Positions 46,752 through 56,297 of a stretch of 64,000 nucleotides of DNA are shown here, one piece after another. Both the position numbers and the translations under genes were made by a program. The stretch's first letter is position 1; every line of letters begins with the position of its first letter. Below the pieces are notes generated by a model that ran no database searches, was not told the origin of the DNA, and saw nothing but the letters and a program-made list of their open reading frames with translations. Source of the stretch: Marmoricola sp. (GTDB lineage Bacteria > Actinomycetota > Actinomycetes > Propionibacteriales > Nocardioidaceae). The stretch is from assembly GCA_051954195.1 (NCBI GenBank), contig JBQCHZ010000015.1, forward strand, positions 18,357 to 82,356, given 5' to 3'.

Positions 46752-47747
46752 TCAGGCTCCTTCGAAGGGTGTGTCGTCGAAGAACGCGCGTGGGACGTCG
46801 ACGAGCATCGTGTCGATCTGCTCCTGGGTGACCCCGTGCTCGAGCACGTAGGGGAACACGTCCTCGAACAGGTGCGTGTAGTGCCACTGCGGCAGGAACG
46901 CCATCACGTTCGGGTCGATCCAGTCGATGTAGCAGGACGCGTCCTGCGACAGCACCATCCGCTCGGTGTAGCCGCGGCGGACCATCTCGACGAGCGTGTC
47001 CGCGCGGGCCTCGAAGGTGGTCTCGAGGTTGATGCCGAAGCGGTCCATGCCGAGCACGAAGCCGGCATCGGCCAGCGCGCTGAGGTGGTCGCAGTCCGTC
47101 GTGTCACCGCTGTGGCCGAGCACGATCCGCCCGGGCTCGACGCCCTCCTCCTCACACATCACCCGCTGCACGTGCAGCCCCGCCTGCGACCCCGGGTGGG
47201 TGTGCACGGTGATCGGCACACCGGTCGCGTGGTGCGCCTTCGCGACGGCGCGCATGACCCGCTCGACGCCCGGGGTCAGCCCCGGCTTGTCGATCGCGCA
47301 CTTCAGCATCCCGGCGCGCACACCGGTGCCGGCGATCCCGTCGCGGATGTCGCCCACGAACATGTCCACCATCGGGTCGGGCACCTCGGCGCCGAGCGCC
47401 TCGTTGAGCGCAGGTCCGCGGTGGTGGAAGTAGAACGGCACGTCGTGGTAGGTGTAGACGCCGGTGGCGACCACGATCCGCACCGGCGTCTGCTCGGCGA
47501 CCTGCTGGATGCGCGGGATGTAGCGCCCGAGCCCGATCACCGTGGGGTCGACGATCGTCCGGACGCCGGCGTCGTGGGCCTGCTGGAGCTTCGCGACCGC
47601 GTCGGCGACGCGCTCCTCCTCCGAGCCCCACTCCTCGGGGTGGTTCTGCTGGACGTCGGGGGTCAGCACGAAGACGTGCTCGTGCATCAGGGTGACGCCG
47701 AGGTCGTCGACCTCGACCGGGCCGGTGGCCGTCTGGACGGTGCTCAA
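46752..47747 (-). CDS. Phosphotriesterase-like lactonase (PLL / Php family)
   Basis: TLMHEHVF, MLKCA (carboxy-Lys), ITVHTH, LGHSGD, LSQDAS; TTG start. Confidence 0.9.
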   Translation of the reverse strand: MSTVQTATGPVEVDDLGVTLMHEHVFVLTPDVQQNHPEEWGSEEERVADAVAKLQQAHDAGVRTIVDPTVIGLGRYIPRIQQVAEQTPVRIVVATGVYTYHDVPFYFHHRGPALNEALGAEVPDPMVDMFVGDIRDGIAGTGVRAGMLKCAIDKPGLTPGVERVMRAVAKAHHATGVPITVHTHPGSQAGLHVQRVMCEEEGVEPGRIVLGHSGDTTDCDHLSALADAGFVLGMDRFGINLETTFEARADTLVEMVRRGYTERMVLSQDASCYIDWIDPNVMAFLPQWHYTHLFEDVFPYVLEHGVTQEQIDTMLVDVPRAFFDDTPFEGA

Positions 47748-47766
47748 CAGGTGCTCCTCGGGGTGC

Positions 47767-48882
47767 TCAGAGGTCGACGAGGCCGGCGAGGTGGGCCCGG
47801 TGCGCGCCCGGCGTGCCGAGCGCGATCTGGTCGGACTTCGCCCGCTTCAGGCGCAGGTGCGTGGGGTGCTCCCAGGTCATGCCGATGCCGCCGTGCAGCT
47901 GCAGCGCCTCCTCGGACGCACGGACGGCGAGGTCCCCGCAGTACGACGCCGCCAGGGCCGTCGCGACCGGCAGGTCGCTCTGCTGGTCACGCACACCGTC
48001 GTTTGCCAGCACGTCCGCCAGCGCGTCCGCCAGCACGGCCGCCGCGTACGCCGCGGCGGCGGAGCCTGACTCGACCTCGGCGTAGAGGTCGGCCAGCCGG
48101 TGCTTGAGCGCCTGGAACCCGCCGAGGACGCGACCGAACTGGGTGCGCACCTTCAGGTAGGCGGTCGTCTCCTCCAGGCACCACCGCGCCACGCCGACCT
48201 GCTCGGAGGCGAGCAGCGCGACGGTCGCGGTGAGCCCGCGCCGGATCGCGCCCTCCGCGTCGTCGATCAGCACCTCGCCGAGGCTCCCGATCCGGACGTC
48301 GGCCAGCTGACGCGTCATGTCCAGCGACGTCACCGGGGCCAGCTCCGCCTCCTCCGCCGGTACGGCGTGCAGCGCAATCCGGTCCCCCGCGGCCACCGGC
48401 ACCAGCAGCACGTCGGCCTCGAGGGCGCCGGCGACGCTGGTGACGACGTCACCGGCCGAGACCGTCGGGATGGCCGCGTGCGGAGCGGTGGACCACGGCA
48501 CCACCAGGGCCGCGGTCCGCTCCCCCGAGGCCAGCTCGGCCAGCAGCGGCGCGCCGGAGCCCAGCAGCACCGTGGTCGCCAGCACGGCGCTGGTCAGGAA
48601 CGGCACCGGCGCGACGGCACGGCCCAGCTCCTCCAGCACGGCGGCCGCTTCGCGGGCCGACGCACCCGCGCCGCCCTCATCCTCGGGCACGAGCAGGCCC
48701 GCCAGGCCGACGTCGACGGCCAGCGCGCGCCACAGCGGCGCCACGACCGCACGGTCGCCGTCGTAGAGCGCGTTGAGGGCGCCGATCCCTCGGGCGTCGA
48801 GCCGGTCGGCGAGCAGGTCGCGGACGGTGCCGCGCAGGTCCGCCTCGACCTCGGTCGGCAGCAGGTCCACGGTGTCGGTCAT
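47767..48882 (-). CDS. Acyl-CoA dehydrogenase family protein, probable non-catalytic subunit
   Basis: QFGRVLGGFQALKHRLAD and HGGIGMTWEH; C-terminal RAKSDQIALGT lacks the usual catalytic Glu. Confidence 0.85.
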   Translation of the reverse strand: MTDTVDLLPTEVEADLRGTVRDLLADRLDARGIGALNALYDGDRAVVAPLWRALAVDVGLAGLLVPEDEGGAGASAREAAAVLEELGRAVAPVPFLTSAVLATTVLLGSGAPLLAELASGERTAALVVPWSTAPHAAIPTVSAGDVVTSVAGALEADVLLVPVAAGDRIALHAVPAEEAELAPVTSLDMTRQLADVRIGSLGEVLIDDAEGAIRRGLTATVALLASEQVGVARWCLEETTAYLKVRTQFGRVLGGFQALKHRLADLYAEVESGSAAAAYAAAVLADALADVLANDGVRDQQSDLPVATALAASYCGDLAVRASEEALQLHGGIGMTWEHPTHLRLKRAKSDQIALGTPGAHRAHLAGLVDL

Positions 48883-50066
48883 CGGCTGAGCTCCTTCCAG
48901 GGCCGGTCCTTGTCGACCCGGTGCTCGCCGGGCAGGCCGAGGACCCGCTCGGCGACGACGTTGCGCAGGATCTCCGAGGTGCCGCCCTCGATGGAGTTCC
49001 CCTTGGCGCGCAGGTAGCGGTAGACGGCGTCGCGCCCGGTGAAGTCGACGCGGTCGGGCCGGACCATCTCCCAGCCGGGCTCGCTGGTGTAGCGCAGCCC
49101 CTCCTCGCCGAGGACCTCCAGCTCCAGGCCGGACAGCTGCTGGTTGGTCCGCGCGAAGGACAGCTTCATCGCCGCGCCCTCGGGGCCGGGGTGGCCGCTG
49201 GCGAGCTTCTGGCCCAGGCGCATGCCGGTGATCCGGGCGACCTCCGCGTCCACCCACAGCCGGACGAGCCGGTCACGCAGCTCGGGCGTCTGCGCGTCCG
49301 GGTGCTCGCGCCAGGTCCGCGCGACCCGGCCGATCATCCCGCTCTCGCGGTCGCCGACGTGGCCGCCGATCGCGACCCGCTCGCTGTTCAGCGTCGCGGT
49401 CGCGACCCGCCAGCCCTCGCCCTCCGCCCCGAGGCGCATGGCGTCGGGGATGCGCACGTCGGTGAGGAACACCTCGTTGAACTCCGCCTCCCCGGTGATC
49501 TGCCGCAGCGGCCGGACCTCCACGCCGGGGTCGGTCATGTCGCACAGGAAGTAGGTCAGGCCGGAGTGCTTGGCCTGGTCGGGATCGGTGCGGGCCACCA
49601 GCAGCGCGAACCGGGAGTTCTGCGCACCCGAGGTCCACACCTTCTGGCCGTTGACGACCCAGGCGTCGCCGTCGCGCACGGCTCGGGTGGAGACGTTGGC
49701 CAGGTCGGAGCCGGCGCCGGGCTCGCTGAACAGCTGGCACCAGATCTCCTCGCCCGTCCACAGCGGCCGCAACAGCCGGTCCTTCTGCTCCTGCGTGCCG
49801 AAGGCGAGGATCGTCGGGGCGGCCATGCCGAGGCCGATGCCGTTCTTGTACGGCTTGTTGTCCGGCGCCCCGGCGGCGGCGAAGGCGGCGTCCACGTCGC
49901 GCTGGAGCGAGCGGGAGAGGCCCAGCCCCCCGTGGCCATCGGGGAAGGCGACCCAGGCCAGGCCGGCGTCGTACCGGGCGCGCAGGAAGTCCAGCCGGTC
50001 GGTCGTCGCCGGGTCGTGCTCGGCGAGGAAGGCGTCGATGCGGCCCCGCAGGTCCTCAGGCAGCAC
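48879..50066 (-). CDS. Acyl-CoA dehydrogenase family protein
   Basis: WCQLFSEPGAGSDLA, VNGQKVWTS, EFNEVF, NSIEGGTSEILRN. Confidence 0.92.
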   Translation of the reverse strand: MLPEDLRGRIDAFLAEHDPATTDRLDFLRARYDAGLAWVAFPDGHGGLGLSRSLQRDVDAAFAAAGAPDNKPYKNGIGLGMAAPTILAFGTQEQKDRLLRPLWTGEEIWCQLFSEPGAGSDLANVSTRAVRDGDAWVVNGQKVWTSGAQNSRFALLVARTDPDQAKHSGLTYFLCDMTDPGVEVRPLRQITGEAEFNEVFLTDVRIPDAMRLGAEGEGWRVATATLNSERVAIGGHVGDRESGMIGRVARTWREHPDAQTPELRDRLVRLWVDAEVARITGMRLGQKLASGHPGPEGAAMKLSFARTNQQLSGLELEVLGEEGLRYTSEPGWEMVRPDRVDFTGRDAVYRYLRAKGNSIEGGTSEILRNVVAERVLGLPGEHRVDKDRPWKELSR

Positions 50067-50069
50067 GCG

Positions 50070-51308
50070 TCACTCCCCCCGGGCCGCGGCCTGACGGCGC
50101 AGCTCGGCCTTCGCCAGGGCGTTCTTGTGGACCTCGTCGGGCCCGTCGGCGAACCGCAGCGTGCGGATGCCGGCGATCATGTTGGCCAGGGGGAAGTCCT
50201 GCGACAGACCGCCGGCACCATGCGCCTGGATCGCCTTGTCGAGGATCCACTCCACCGTCGCGGGGGTGGCGATCTTGATCGCCTGGATCTCGGTGTGGGC
50301 GGCCTTGTTGCCGACGGTGTCCATCAGCCAGGCGGCCTTGAGCACCAGCAGCCGCAGCTGCTCCAGCCGCACCCGGGACTCCGCGATCCAGTCGCGGATC
50401 ACGCCCTGCTGGGACAGCGGCTTGCCGAACGCGACCCGGCTCTCCACCCGGGCGCACATCAGCTCGATGGCCCGCTCGGCGACGCCGATCGACCGCATGC
50501 AGTGGTGGATGCGTCCCGGGCCCAGCCGCGCCTGGGCGACCGCGAAGCCGGCGCCCTCCACCGCGATCAGGTTGCTCGCCGGCACCCGGGCGTCGGTGAA
50601 CCGGAGCTCGGCGTGGCCGCCGTGCTCGTGGTCGTCGTAGCCGAGCACGTGCATCCCCCGCACGATCTCCAGGCCAGGGGTGTCGCGCTCGACGAGGATC
50701 ATCGACTGCTGACGGTGCCGGTCGGCGGACGGGTCGGTCTTCCCCATCACGATGAAGATCTCGCAGTTCGGGTTCATCGCACCGGTGATCCACCACTTGC
50801 GGCCGTTGAGGACGTACTCGTCGCCGTCCTTGACGATGCTCGTGGAGATGTTGGTGGCGTCGGAGGACGCGACGTCGGGCTCGGTCATCGCGAACGCCGA
50901 GCGGATCTGGGCCTTCAGGAGCGGCTCGAGCCAGCGCTGCTTCTGCTCCTCGGTGCCGAACTGCGAGAGCACCTCCATGTTGCCGGTGTCGGGAGCAGCG
51001 CAGTTCATCGCCGGAGGCGCGAGGTGCGCGCTGCGCCCGGAGATCTCCGCGACCGCCGCGTACTGGAGATTTGAGATGACACCCCCCGCCGGGCTTTCAG
51101 AACCGGGGAGGAAGAGGTTCCACAGGCCGCGCTTCTGCGCCTCGGCACGCAGCTCGGCGAGCACCGGCACGGAGTCCCAGGCCCAGCGGTCCTCGAGCTG
51201 CTCGACCTGCTCACCGAACACCTGCTCGGCCGGGTAGACGTGACCCTCCATGAACTCCGTCATGGTGGAGCGCAGCTCCTCGGTGCGGGCGTCGTAGGAA
51301 AAGTCCAT
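50070..51308 (-). CDS. Acyl-CoA dehydrogenase, ACAD10/11 / LvaC type
   Basis: WNLFLP, NCAAPDTGNMEVL, SAFAMTEPDVASSDATNI, GRKWWITGA, AQARLGPGRIHHCMR, LRFADGPDEVH. Confidence 0.9.
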   Translation of the reverse strand: MDFSYDARTEELRSTMTEFMEGHVYPAEQVFGEQVEQLEDRWAWDSVPVLAELRAEAQKRGLWNLFLPGSESPAGGVISNLQYAAVAEISGRSAHLAPPAMNCAAPDTGNMEVLSQFGTEEQKQRWLEPLLKAQIRSAFAMTEPDVASSDATNISTSIVKDGDEYVLNGRKWWITGAMNPNCEIFIVMGKTDPSADRHRQQSMILVERDTPGLEIVRGMHVLGYDDHEHGGHAELRFTDARVPASNLIAVEGAGFAVAQARLGPGRIHHCMRSIGVAERAIELMCARVESRVAFGKPLSQQGVIRDWIAESRVRLEQLRLLVLKAAWLMDTVGNKAAHTEIQAIKIATPATVEWILDKAIQAHGAGGLSQDFPLANMIAGIRTLRFADGPDEVHKNALAKAELRRQAAARGE

Positions 51309-51334
51309 CAGTGGTGCTCCTTCGGGAGATCGGG

Positions 51335-52357
51335 CTAGAGGGTCGTGTCGAGGGCGTCGAGGCCCGCGGTGAGCAGCGGGTCGATGGCCGCGCCGATGCC
51401 GGCGAAGCCCTCCCCGACGGTCTGACCGTGAAGGAAGCGGTAGTGGATGCCCTCGAGGATCGCGGCGAGCTTGAACGCCGCGAGCCCGAGGTGGAAGCCG
51501 AAGCGGGACAGGTCGCGGTCGCTGCCGGCGGCGTAGCGCTCGACGACGGCGCGCTCGTCGAGGAAGCCGGGAGCGGCCGACACGTTGGTGACCGCGTTGC
51601 TGTCGGCCGCCGCCCCGAGGCGGTGGTAGACGAGCATCAGCGCGAGGTCGGCCAGCGGGTCCCCGAGGGTGGCCATCTCCCAGTCGAGCACCGCGGTGAT
51701 CCGGTCGTGGTCGTCGACCAGGGCGTTGTCGAGGCGGAAGTCGCCGTGCACGATGCCGGCGGCCGACTCCGGCGGCACGTCGGCGGCCAGGCGCGCGTAG
51801 AGCTCGTCGGCCAGCGGCAGGTCGCGGCTGTGCGAGGCGTCGAGCTGCTTCTTCCACCGCGCCACCTGGCGGCCCAGGTATCCCTCCGGCCGTCCGAAGT
51901 CGCCCAGGCCCACGGCGGCGGGGTCGACGGCGTGCAGGGCGGCCAGGGTGTCGACCAGCCGCTCGGAGATGGCGCGGGTGCGGTCCACGCCGAGCGCCTC
52001 GAGCTCCTCGGCGCGCCGGTACGGCGTACCGGGCACCCGCTCCATCACGTAGAACGGCGCTCCCACGACGGTGTCGTCGGTGCACAGGCCGTAGGTGAGC
52101 GGCACCGGCACGGCGGTGTCCCGCAGCGCGGTCATCACCCGGAACTCGCGACCCATGTCGTGGGCGGTCGCCAGCACGTGGCCGAGCGGCGGGCGGCGGA
52201 CGATCCAGTCGCGGGCGCCGTCGCCCACGACGTAGGTCAGGTTGGACTTCCCGCCGGCGATCAGCGTTGCGGTCAGCGGACCGTCGACACCGTCGATGTG
52301 CCGGTCGAACCAGCCGCCCAACCGATCGAGGTCAAGCCCCGGAGGTGCCTCGCTCAC
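51335..52357 (-). CDS. APH-family phosphotransferase (ACAD10/11 kinase domain / LvaA-like)
   Basis: IAGGKSNLTY, RRPPLGHVLATAHDMGREF, GAPFYVME, IVHGDFRLDN, VLDWEMATLGDPLADL. Confidence 0.9.
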   Translation of the reverse strand: MSEAPPGLDLDRLGGWFDRHIDGVDGPLTATLIAGGKSNLTYVVGDGARDWIVRRPPLGHVLATAHDMGREFRVMTALRDTAVPVPLTYGLCTDDTVVGAPFYVMERVPGTPYRRAEELEALGVDRTRAISERLVDTLAALHAVDPAAVGLGDFGRPEGYLGRQVARWKKQLDASHSRDLPLADELYARLAADVPPESAAGIVHGDFRLDNALVDDHDRITAVLDWEMATLGDPLADLALMLVYHRLGAAADSNAVTNVSAAPGFLDERAVVERYAAGSDRDLSRFGFHLGLAAFKLAAILEGIHYRFLHGQTVGEGFAGIGAAIDPLLTAGLDALDTTL

Positions 52358-53157
52358 GCGTCGTACCCTTCCTTGCTCTCCAGGTAGCGCTGGAGCTTGT
52401 TCATCCCGCCGAGCCAGCGGTCGGTGTCCTCGGCGCGGGCGCGGTAGTAGCCGGCCACCTGCGGGTGCGGCAGGATCAGGAACCGGTCGTCGCCCAGGGC
52501 CTCCCAGACGGTGTCCGCGACGTCCTCGGGGGACAGCGCGCCGTCGGCCACGAGCAGCTCCTGCATCGGTCCCGAGCCCGCGAGCATGTCGGTCTGCACG
52601 CCCTCGGGGCAGATCGCCTGGACGGTGATGCCGCGGTGCTTGTAGGTGGCTGCGAGCCACTCGGCGAAGCCGACCGCCCCGTGCTTGGTGACCGAGTACG
52701 TCGCGCTGCCGAGGGAGGTGAGCAGGCCGGCGGCCGATGCGGTGACCACGAAGCGGCCCTCGCCGCGCTCGAGCCACGCGGGGAGGAGCATCCGGGCGGC
52801 GCGCACGTGCGCCATCGTGTTCACCTCCCAGCTGGTGGCCCACTCGGCCTCGCTGGCGTCGAGCCCGATGCCGCGCACGACGCCGGCGTTGGCGAACCAC
52901 ACGTCGATCGCGCCCAGGTGCTCGCGGGCCGCCTCGACCAGCGCGGTGATGCCGGCCTCGGACGCCCCGTCGCCGGGCACGGGGTGGGCGCCGATCTCGG
53001 TGGCCGTGGCGGTGGTGCGCTCGGCGTCCAGGTCGTTGATCACGACCCGCGCCCCTCCGGCGACGAGCCGCGTCGCGATGGCCCGTCCGATGCCGCCGGC
53101 GGCACCGGTGACGACGACGCCCCTGCCGTGCAGCCTGCCCTCCGCCCCGGCGCTCAC
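52354..53157 (-). CDS. SDR family oxidoreductase
   Basis: VTGAAGGIG, FANAG, TASAAG, YSVTKH. Confidence 0.9.
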   Translation of the reverse strand: MSAGAEGRLHGRGVVVTGAAGGIGRAIATRLVAGGARVVINDLDAERTTATATEIGAHPVPGDGASEAGITALVEAAREHLGAIDVWFANAGVVRGIGLDASEAEWATSWEVNTMAHVRAARMLLPAWLERGEGRFVVTASAAGLLTSLGSATYSVTKHGAVGFAEWLAATYKHRGITVQAICPEGVQTDMLAGSGPMQELLVADGALSPEDVADTVWEALGDDRFLILPHPQVAGYYRARAEDTDRWLGGMNKLQRYLESKEGYDA

Positions 53158-53915
53158 TCGCCGCCCCCGGCGAGGGTGACGCCGCCGTCGAGCACGACCG
53201 TCTGGCCGGTGAGCCACGCGGCGTCCTCGGAGAGCAGGAACGCCACGGCGCCGGCGATGTCCTCCGGCACGCCCAGACGCTTGAGCGGGTAGGCGGCCGC
53301 AACCTTCTCCTCGCGGCCCTCGTAGAGCGCGGTGGCGAACCTGGTCTTGACCACCGCCGGGGCCACCGCGTTGACCCGGATCGACGGCCCCAGCTCGACG
53401 GCCAGCAGCTCGGTCATCGAGATCAGCATCGCCTTGCTGGCGCCGTACATGCCGATGCCGGGCGCGGGCCGGACCCCGGACACCGAGGAGACGTTGACGA
53501 CCGCCCCGCCGTGCTCGGCCATCCAGGCCCGGTGCGCCGCCTGGGTCCAGGCGAGCGCGGCGAGGCAGTTGACCTCGACGATCTTGCGGGCGGCGTCGAG
53601 GTCGATGTCGATCATCGGGCCGTAGGCGGGGTTGATCCCGGCGTTGTTGACCAGCAGTTCGAGGCTGCCGAAGCGGTCGAGCGCCTGGCCCACCGCCTCC
53701 TGCTGGTGCTCGGGGTCATCGGCCCGGCCGGCTACGGCGACGGCCACGTCGGGCCCGCCCAGCGCCGCGACGGCCTCCTGGAGCGCCTCCGCCTTCCGCG
53801 CCGTCAGGACCACCCGGGCGCCCTCGGCGACGAGGCGCTCGGCGATGCCGAGACCGATGCCGCGACTGGCTCCCGTGACGATCGCCGTCCTGCCCTCGAA
53901 CCGCCTGCTGACCAC
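53154..53915 (-). CDS. SDR family oxidoreductase (FabG / DHRS4-like)
   Basis: TGASRGIG, VNNAGINP, YGASKA, RVNAVAPAVVKTRFA. Confidence 0.9.
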   Translation of the reverse strand: MVSRRFEGRTAIVTGASRGIGLGIAERLVAEGARVVLTARKAEALQEAVAALGGPDVAVAVAGRADDPEHQQEAVGQALDRFGSLELLVNNAGINPAYGPMIDIDLDAARKIVEVNCLAALAWTQAAHRAWMAEHGGAVVNVSSVSGVRPAPGIGMYGASKAMLISMTELLAVELGPSIRVNAVAPAVVKTRFATALYEGREEKVAAAYPLKRLGVPEDIAGAVAFLLSEDAAWLTGQTVVLDGGVTLAGGGE

Positions 53916-53950
53916 GCGCTCTCCTTCGCCGGGCTCGCCGCTCTTCTCAA

Positions 53951-53968
53951 ACTAAGCGCTTGCTTAGT
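53951..53968. promoter_or_regulatory. TetR operator candidate
   Basis: ACTAAGC-GCTT-GCTTAGT palindrome between the divergent SDR operon and tetR. Confidence 0.75.
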
Positions 53969-54034
53969 ACGGTGCGCCTACTCTGCACCGCCGCCCCGAC
54001 GGCGTCAACGGTGCCGGGCCGCGAAAGGAGCGCC

Positions 54035-54646
54035 ATGTCCGAGCTGCCGCCTCCCGGGGCTGCGAGCCGGGGCGACGACACCCGCGAGCGCCTGCTGCGC
54101 GCCGCCATCGGTGCCTTCGCCGAGCGGGGCTTCCACGCCACCACCACGCGCGACATCGCCGCGGCGGCCGGGATGAGCCCGGCGGCCGTCTACGTGCACC
54201 ACCGCTCCAAGGAGGAGCTGCTGCACCAGATCGCGCGGTCGGGGCACGAGCGCACCCTGGGGCTGGTCCGCGAGGCCGTCGCCTCGGCCGACGACGCCGC
54301 CGGACAGCTGCGCGCCCTGGTCCGGTCCTTCGCGCGCCACCATGCCGAGGAGAACACCAGCGCCCGGGTGGTCAACTACGAGCTGAGCGCGCTCAGCCCC
54401 GAGCACGCCGCCGAGATCCAGGAGCTGCGCCGGGAGATCAGCGCCGAGATGCGCGCCCTGGTGCAGCGCGGCGTCGACGACGGCAGCTTCGACTGCCCGC
54501 AGCCGCGGATCGCGGCCACCGCGCTGCTCTCGCTCGGCATCGACATCGCCCGCTGGTACCGCGAGGACCGGTCCTGGACGCCGGAGGAGCTCGCCGCCTC
54601 CTACGCCGACCTCGCCCTGCGCATCGTCGGCTCCCGGAGCGCTTGA
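54035..54646 (+). CDS. TetR/AcrR family regulator
   Basis: AFAERGFHATTTRDIAAAAGMSPAAVYVHHRSKEELL; ATG after AAGGAG. Confidence 0.93.
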   Translation: MSELPPPGAASRGDDTRERLLRAAIGAFAERGFHATTTRDIAAAAGMSPAAVYVHHRSKEELLHQIARSGHERTLGLVREAVASADDAAGQLRALVRSFARHHAEENTSARVVNYELSALSPEHAAEIQELRREISAEMRALVQRGVDDGSFDCPQPRIAATALLSLGIDIARWYREDRSWTPEELAASYADLALRIVGSRSA

Positions 54647-54783
54647 GCCGCCCGTGTGAATCGCGAACGTGGCGAAGGTCTCAGCGTCCTGGGGCACGCT
54701 TCGGCGCTGGTGCGTTGTTGTCACGGGCAAGGATCTCTCGACCGCCCGTGCATCCGGTGCAGGGCACCAGGAGGACAGCCGCT

Positions 54784-56295
54784 GTGAGCAGCGCACGACA
54801 GCCCGGTACGACCTACGACGCGTTGCTGATCGGGGGCGGCATCATGTCGGCCACGCTCGCGACCCTGCTGCACCAGGTGGAGCCCACCTGGCGGATCGGA
54901 CTGGTCGAGCGGCTGCCCGAGCTGGCGAAGGAGTCCTCGGACCCCTGGAACAACGCAGGCACCGGGCACGCGGCGCTGTGCGAGCTGAACTACTCCCCCG
55001 AGCTCCCCGACGGCAGCGTCGACATCAGCAAGGCGATCACCGTCAACGAGCAGTTCCTGCTCAGCCGGCAGCTGTGGGCCGCGCTGGTCGAGGCCGGCCA
55101 CCTGCCCGAGCCGGCCGCGTTCATCCACCCGACGCCGCACGTCAGCTTCGTCTGGGGCGCCGACAACGTGGCCTACCTGCGCCGTCGCTACGAGCAGATG
55201 TCGCAGCACCCGCTCTTCCGCGGCATGGAGTTCAGCGACGACCCGGCCGTGATCAGGAGCTGGGCGCCGCTGCTCATCGAGGGCCGCGACCCCGCCGAGC
55301 CGGTGGCCGCCACCCGTGCCACGGCCGGCACCGACGTCGACTTCGGCTCGCTGACCCGGCACCTGATCTCGGGGTTGACCGACACCGGCGACCTCGAGCT
55401 GGCGCTGGGCATCGAGGTCCGCGACGTCACCCGCGTCGGGGAGCAGTGGCGGGTCGAGGGCGTGCGCATCGCCGGCACCGGTGAGCGGACGTTCGAGGCG
55501 ACCGCACCGTTCGTCTTCGTCGGCGCCGGCGGGCAGGCGCTGACCCTGCTGCAGAAGGCGGGCATCCCCGAGATCCGCGGCTACGCCGGATTCCCCGTGT
55601 CCGGTGAGTTCTGGCGCACGACCAACCCCGAGGTCGTCGCCCAGCACCACGTCAAGGCCTACGGCAAGGCGGCCGTCGGGGCGCCTCCGATGTCGGTCCC
55701 CCACCTCGACTCCCGCACCGTGGACGGCAGCCCCAGCCTGATGTTCGGGCCGTACGCCGGCTTCAGCCCGCGGTTCCTCAAGAACGGCTCGCTCTTCGAC
55801 CTGCTCAGGTCGGTGCGCGTGCACAACGTCGTGCCGATGGTGCAGGCGGGCCTGCGCAACCTCGGCCTCGTCGTCTACCTCGTCGGCCAGCTGCTCGCCT
55901 CCCGCAAGGACCAGCTCGCCGAGCTGCGCGCCTTCTACCCCGACGCCAAGGCCGAGGACTGGGAGAAGATCACGGCCGGCCAGCGCGTCCAGGTGATCAA
56001 GAAGGTGCCCGGCAAGGGCGGCGTGCTCCAGTTCGGCACCGAGGTGGTCACCGCGGCCGACGGCTCCATCGCGGGCCTGCTCGGCGCCTCCCCCGGCGCC
56101 TCGACCGCGGTCGCGGCGATGCTCGACGTGATGGGCCGCTGCTTCGGCGACCGCATGCAGGAGTGGGCCCCGGCGATCGAGAAGGCGATCCCGAGCTGGG
56201 GCACCGACCTCGGTAGGCACGCCGACGCCGCCGCCGACGTGCTGGCCACCACCGCCCGCGTCCTCGACCTCGAGGACGCGGCCGACCGCGCCTGA
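54784..56295 (+). CDS. mqo: Malate:quinone oxidoreductase
   Basis: LIGGGIMSATL, WNNAGTGHAALCELNY, GTDVDFG, MSVPHLD, AGQRVQVIK, LQFGTEVV, LLGASPGAST. Confidence 0.95.
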   Translation: MSSARQPGTTYDALLIGGGIMSATLATLLHQVEPTWRIGLVERLPELAKESSDPWNNAGTGHAALCELNYSPELPDGSVDISKAITVNEQFLLSRQLWAALVEAGHLPEPAAFIHPTPHVSFVWGADNVAYLRRRYEQMSQHPLFRGMEFSDDPAVIRSWAPLLIEGRDPAEPVAATRATAGTDVDFGSLTRHLISGLTDTGDLELALGIEVRDVTRVGEQWRVEGVRIAGTGERTFEATAPFVFVGAGGQALTLLQKAGIPEIRGYAGFPVSGEFWRTTNPEVVAQHHVKAYGKAAVGAPPMSVPHLDSRTVDGSPSLMFGPYAGFSPRFLKNGSLFDLLRSVRVHNVVPMVQAGLRNLGLVVYLVGQLLASRKDQLAELRAFYPDAKAEDWEKITAGQRVQVIKKVPGKGGVLQFGTEVVTAADGSIAGLLGASPGASTAVAAMLDVMGRCFGDRMQEWAPAIEKAIPSWGTDLGRHADAAADVLATTARVLDLEDAADRA

Positions 56296-56297
56296 GC

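Noticed and set aside
54647-54783. Hairpin CACGGGC/GCCCGTG (54722-54750) and GGTGC/GCACC pairing next to the mqo RBS
   Set aside because: Short GC stems are common by chance here and match no RNA family I know; may be just the tetR terminator or a leader.
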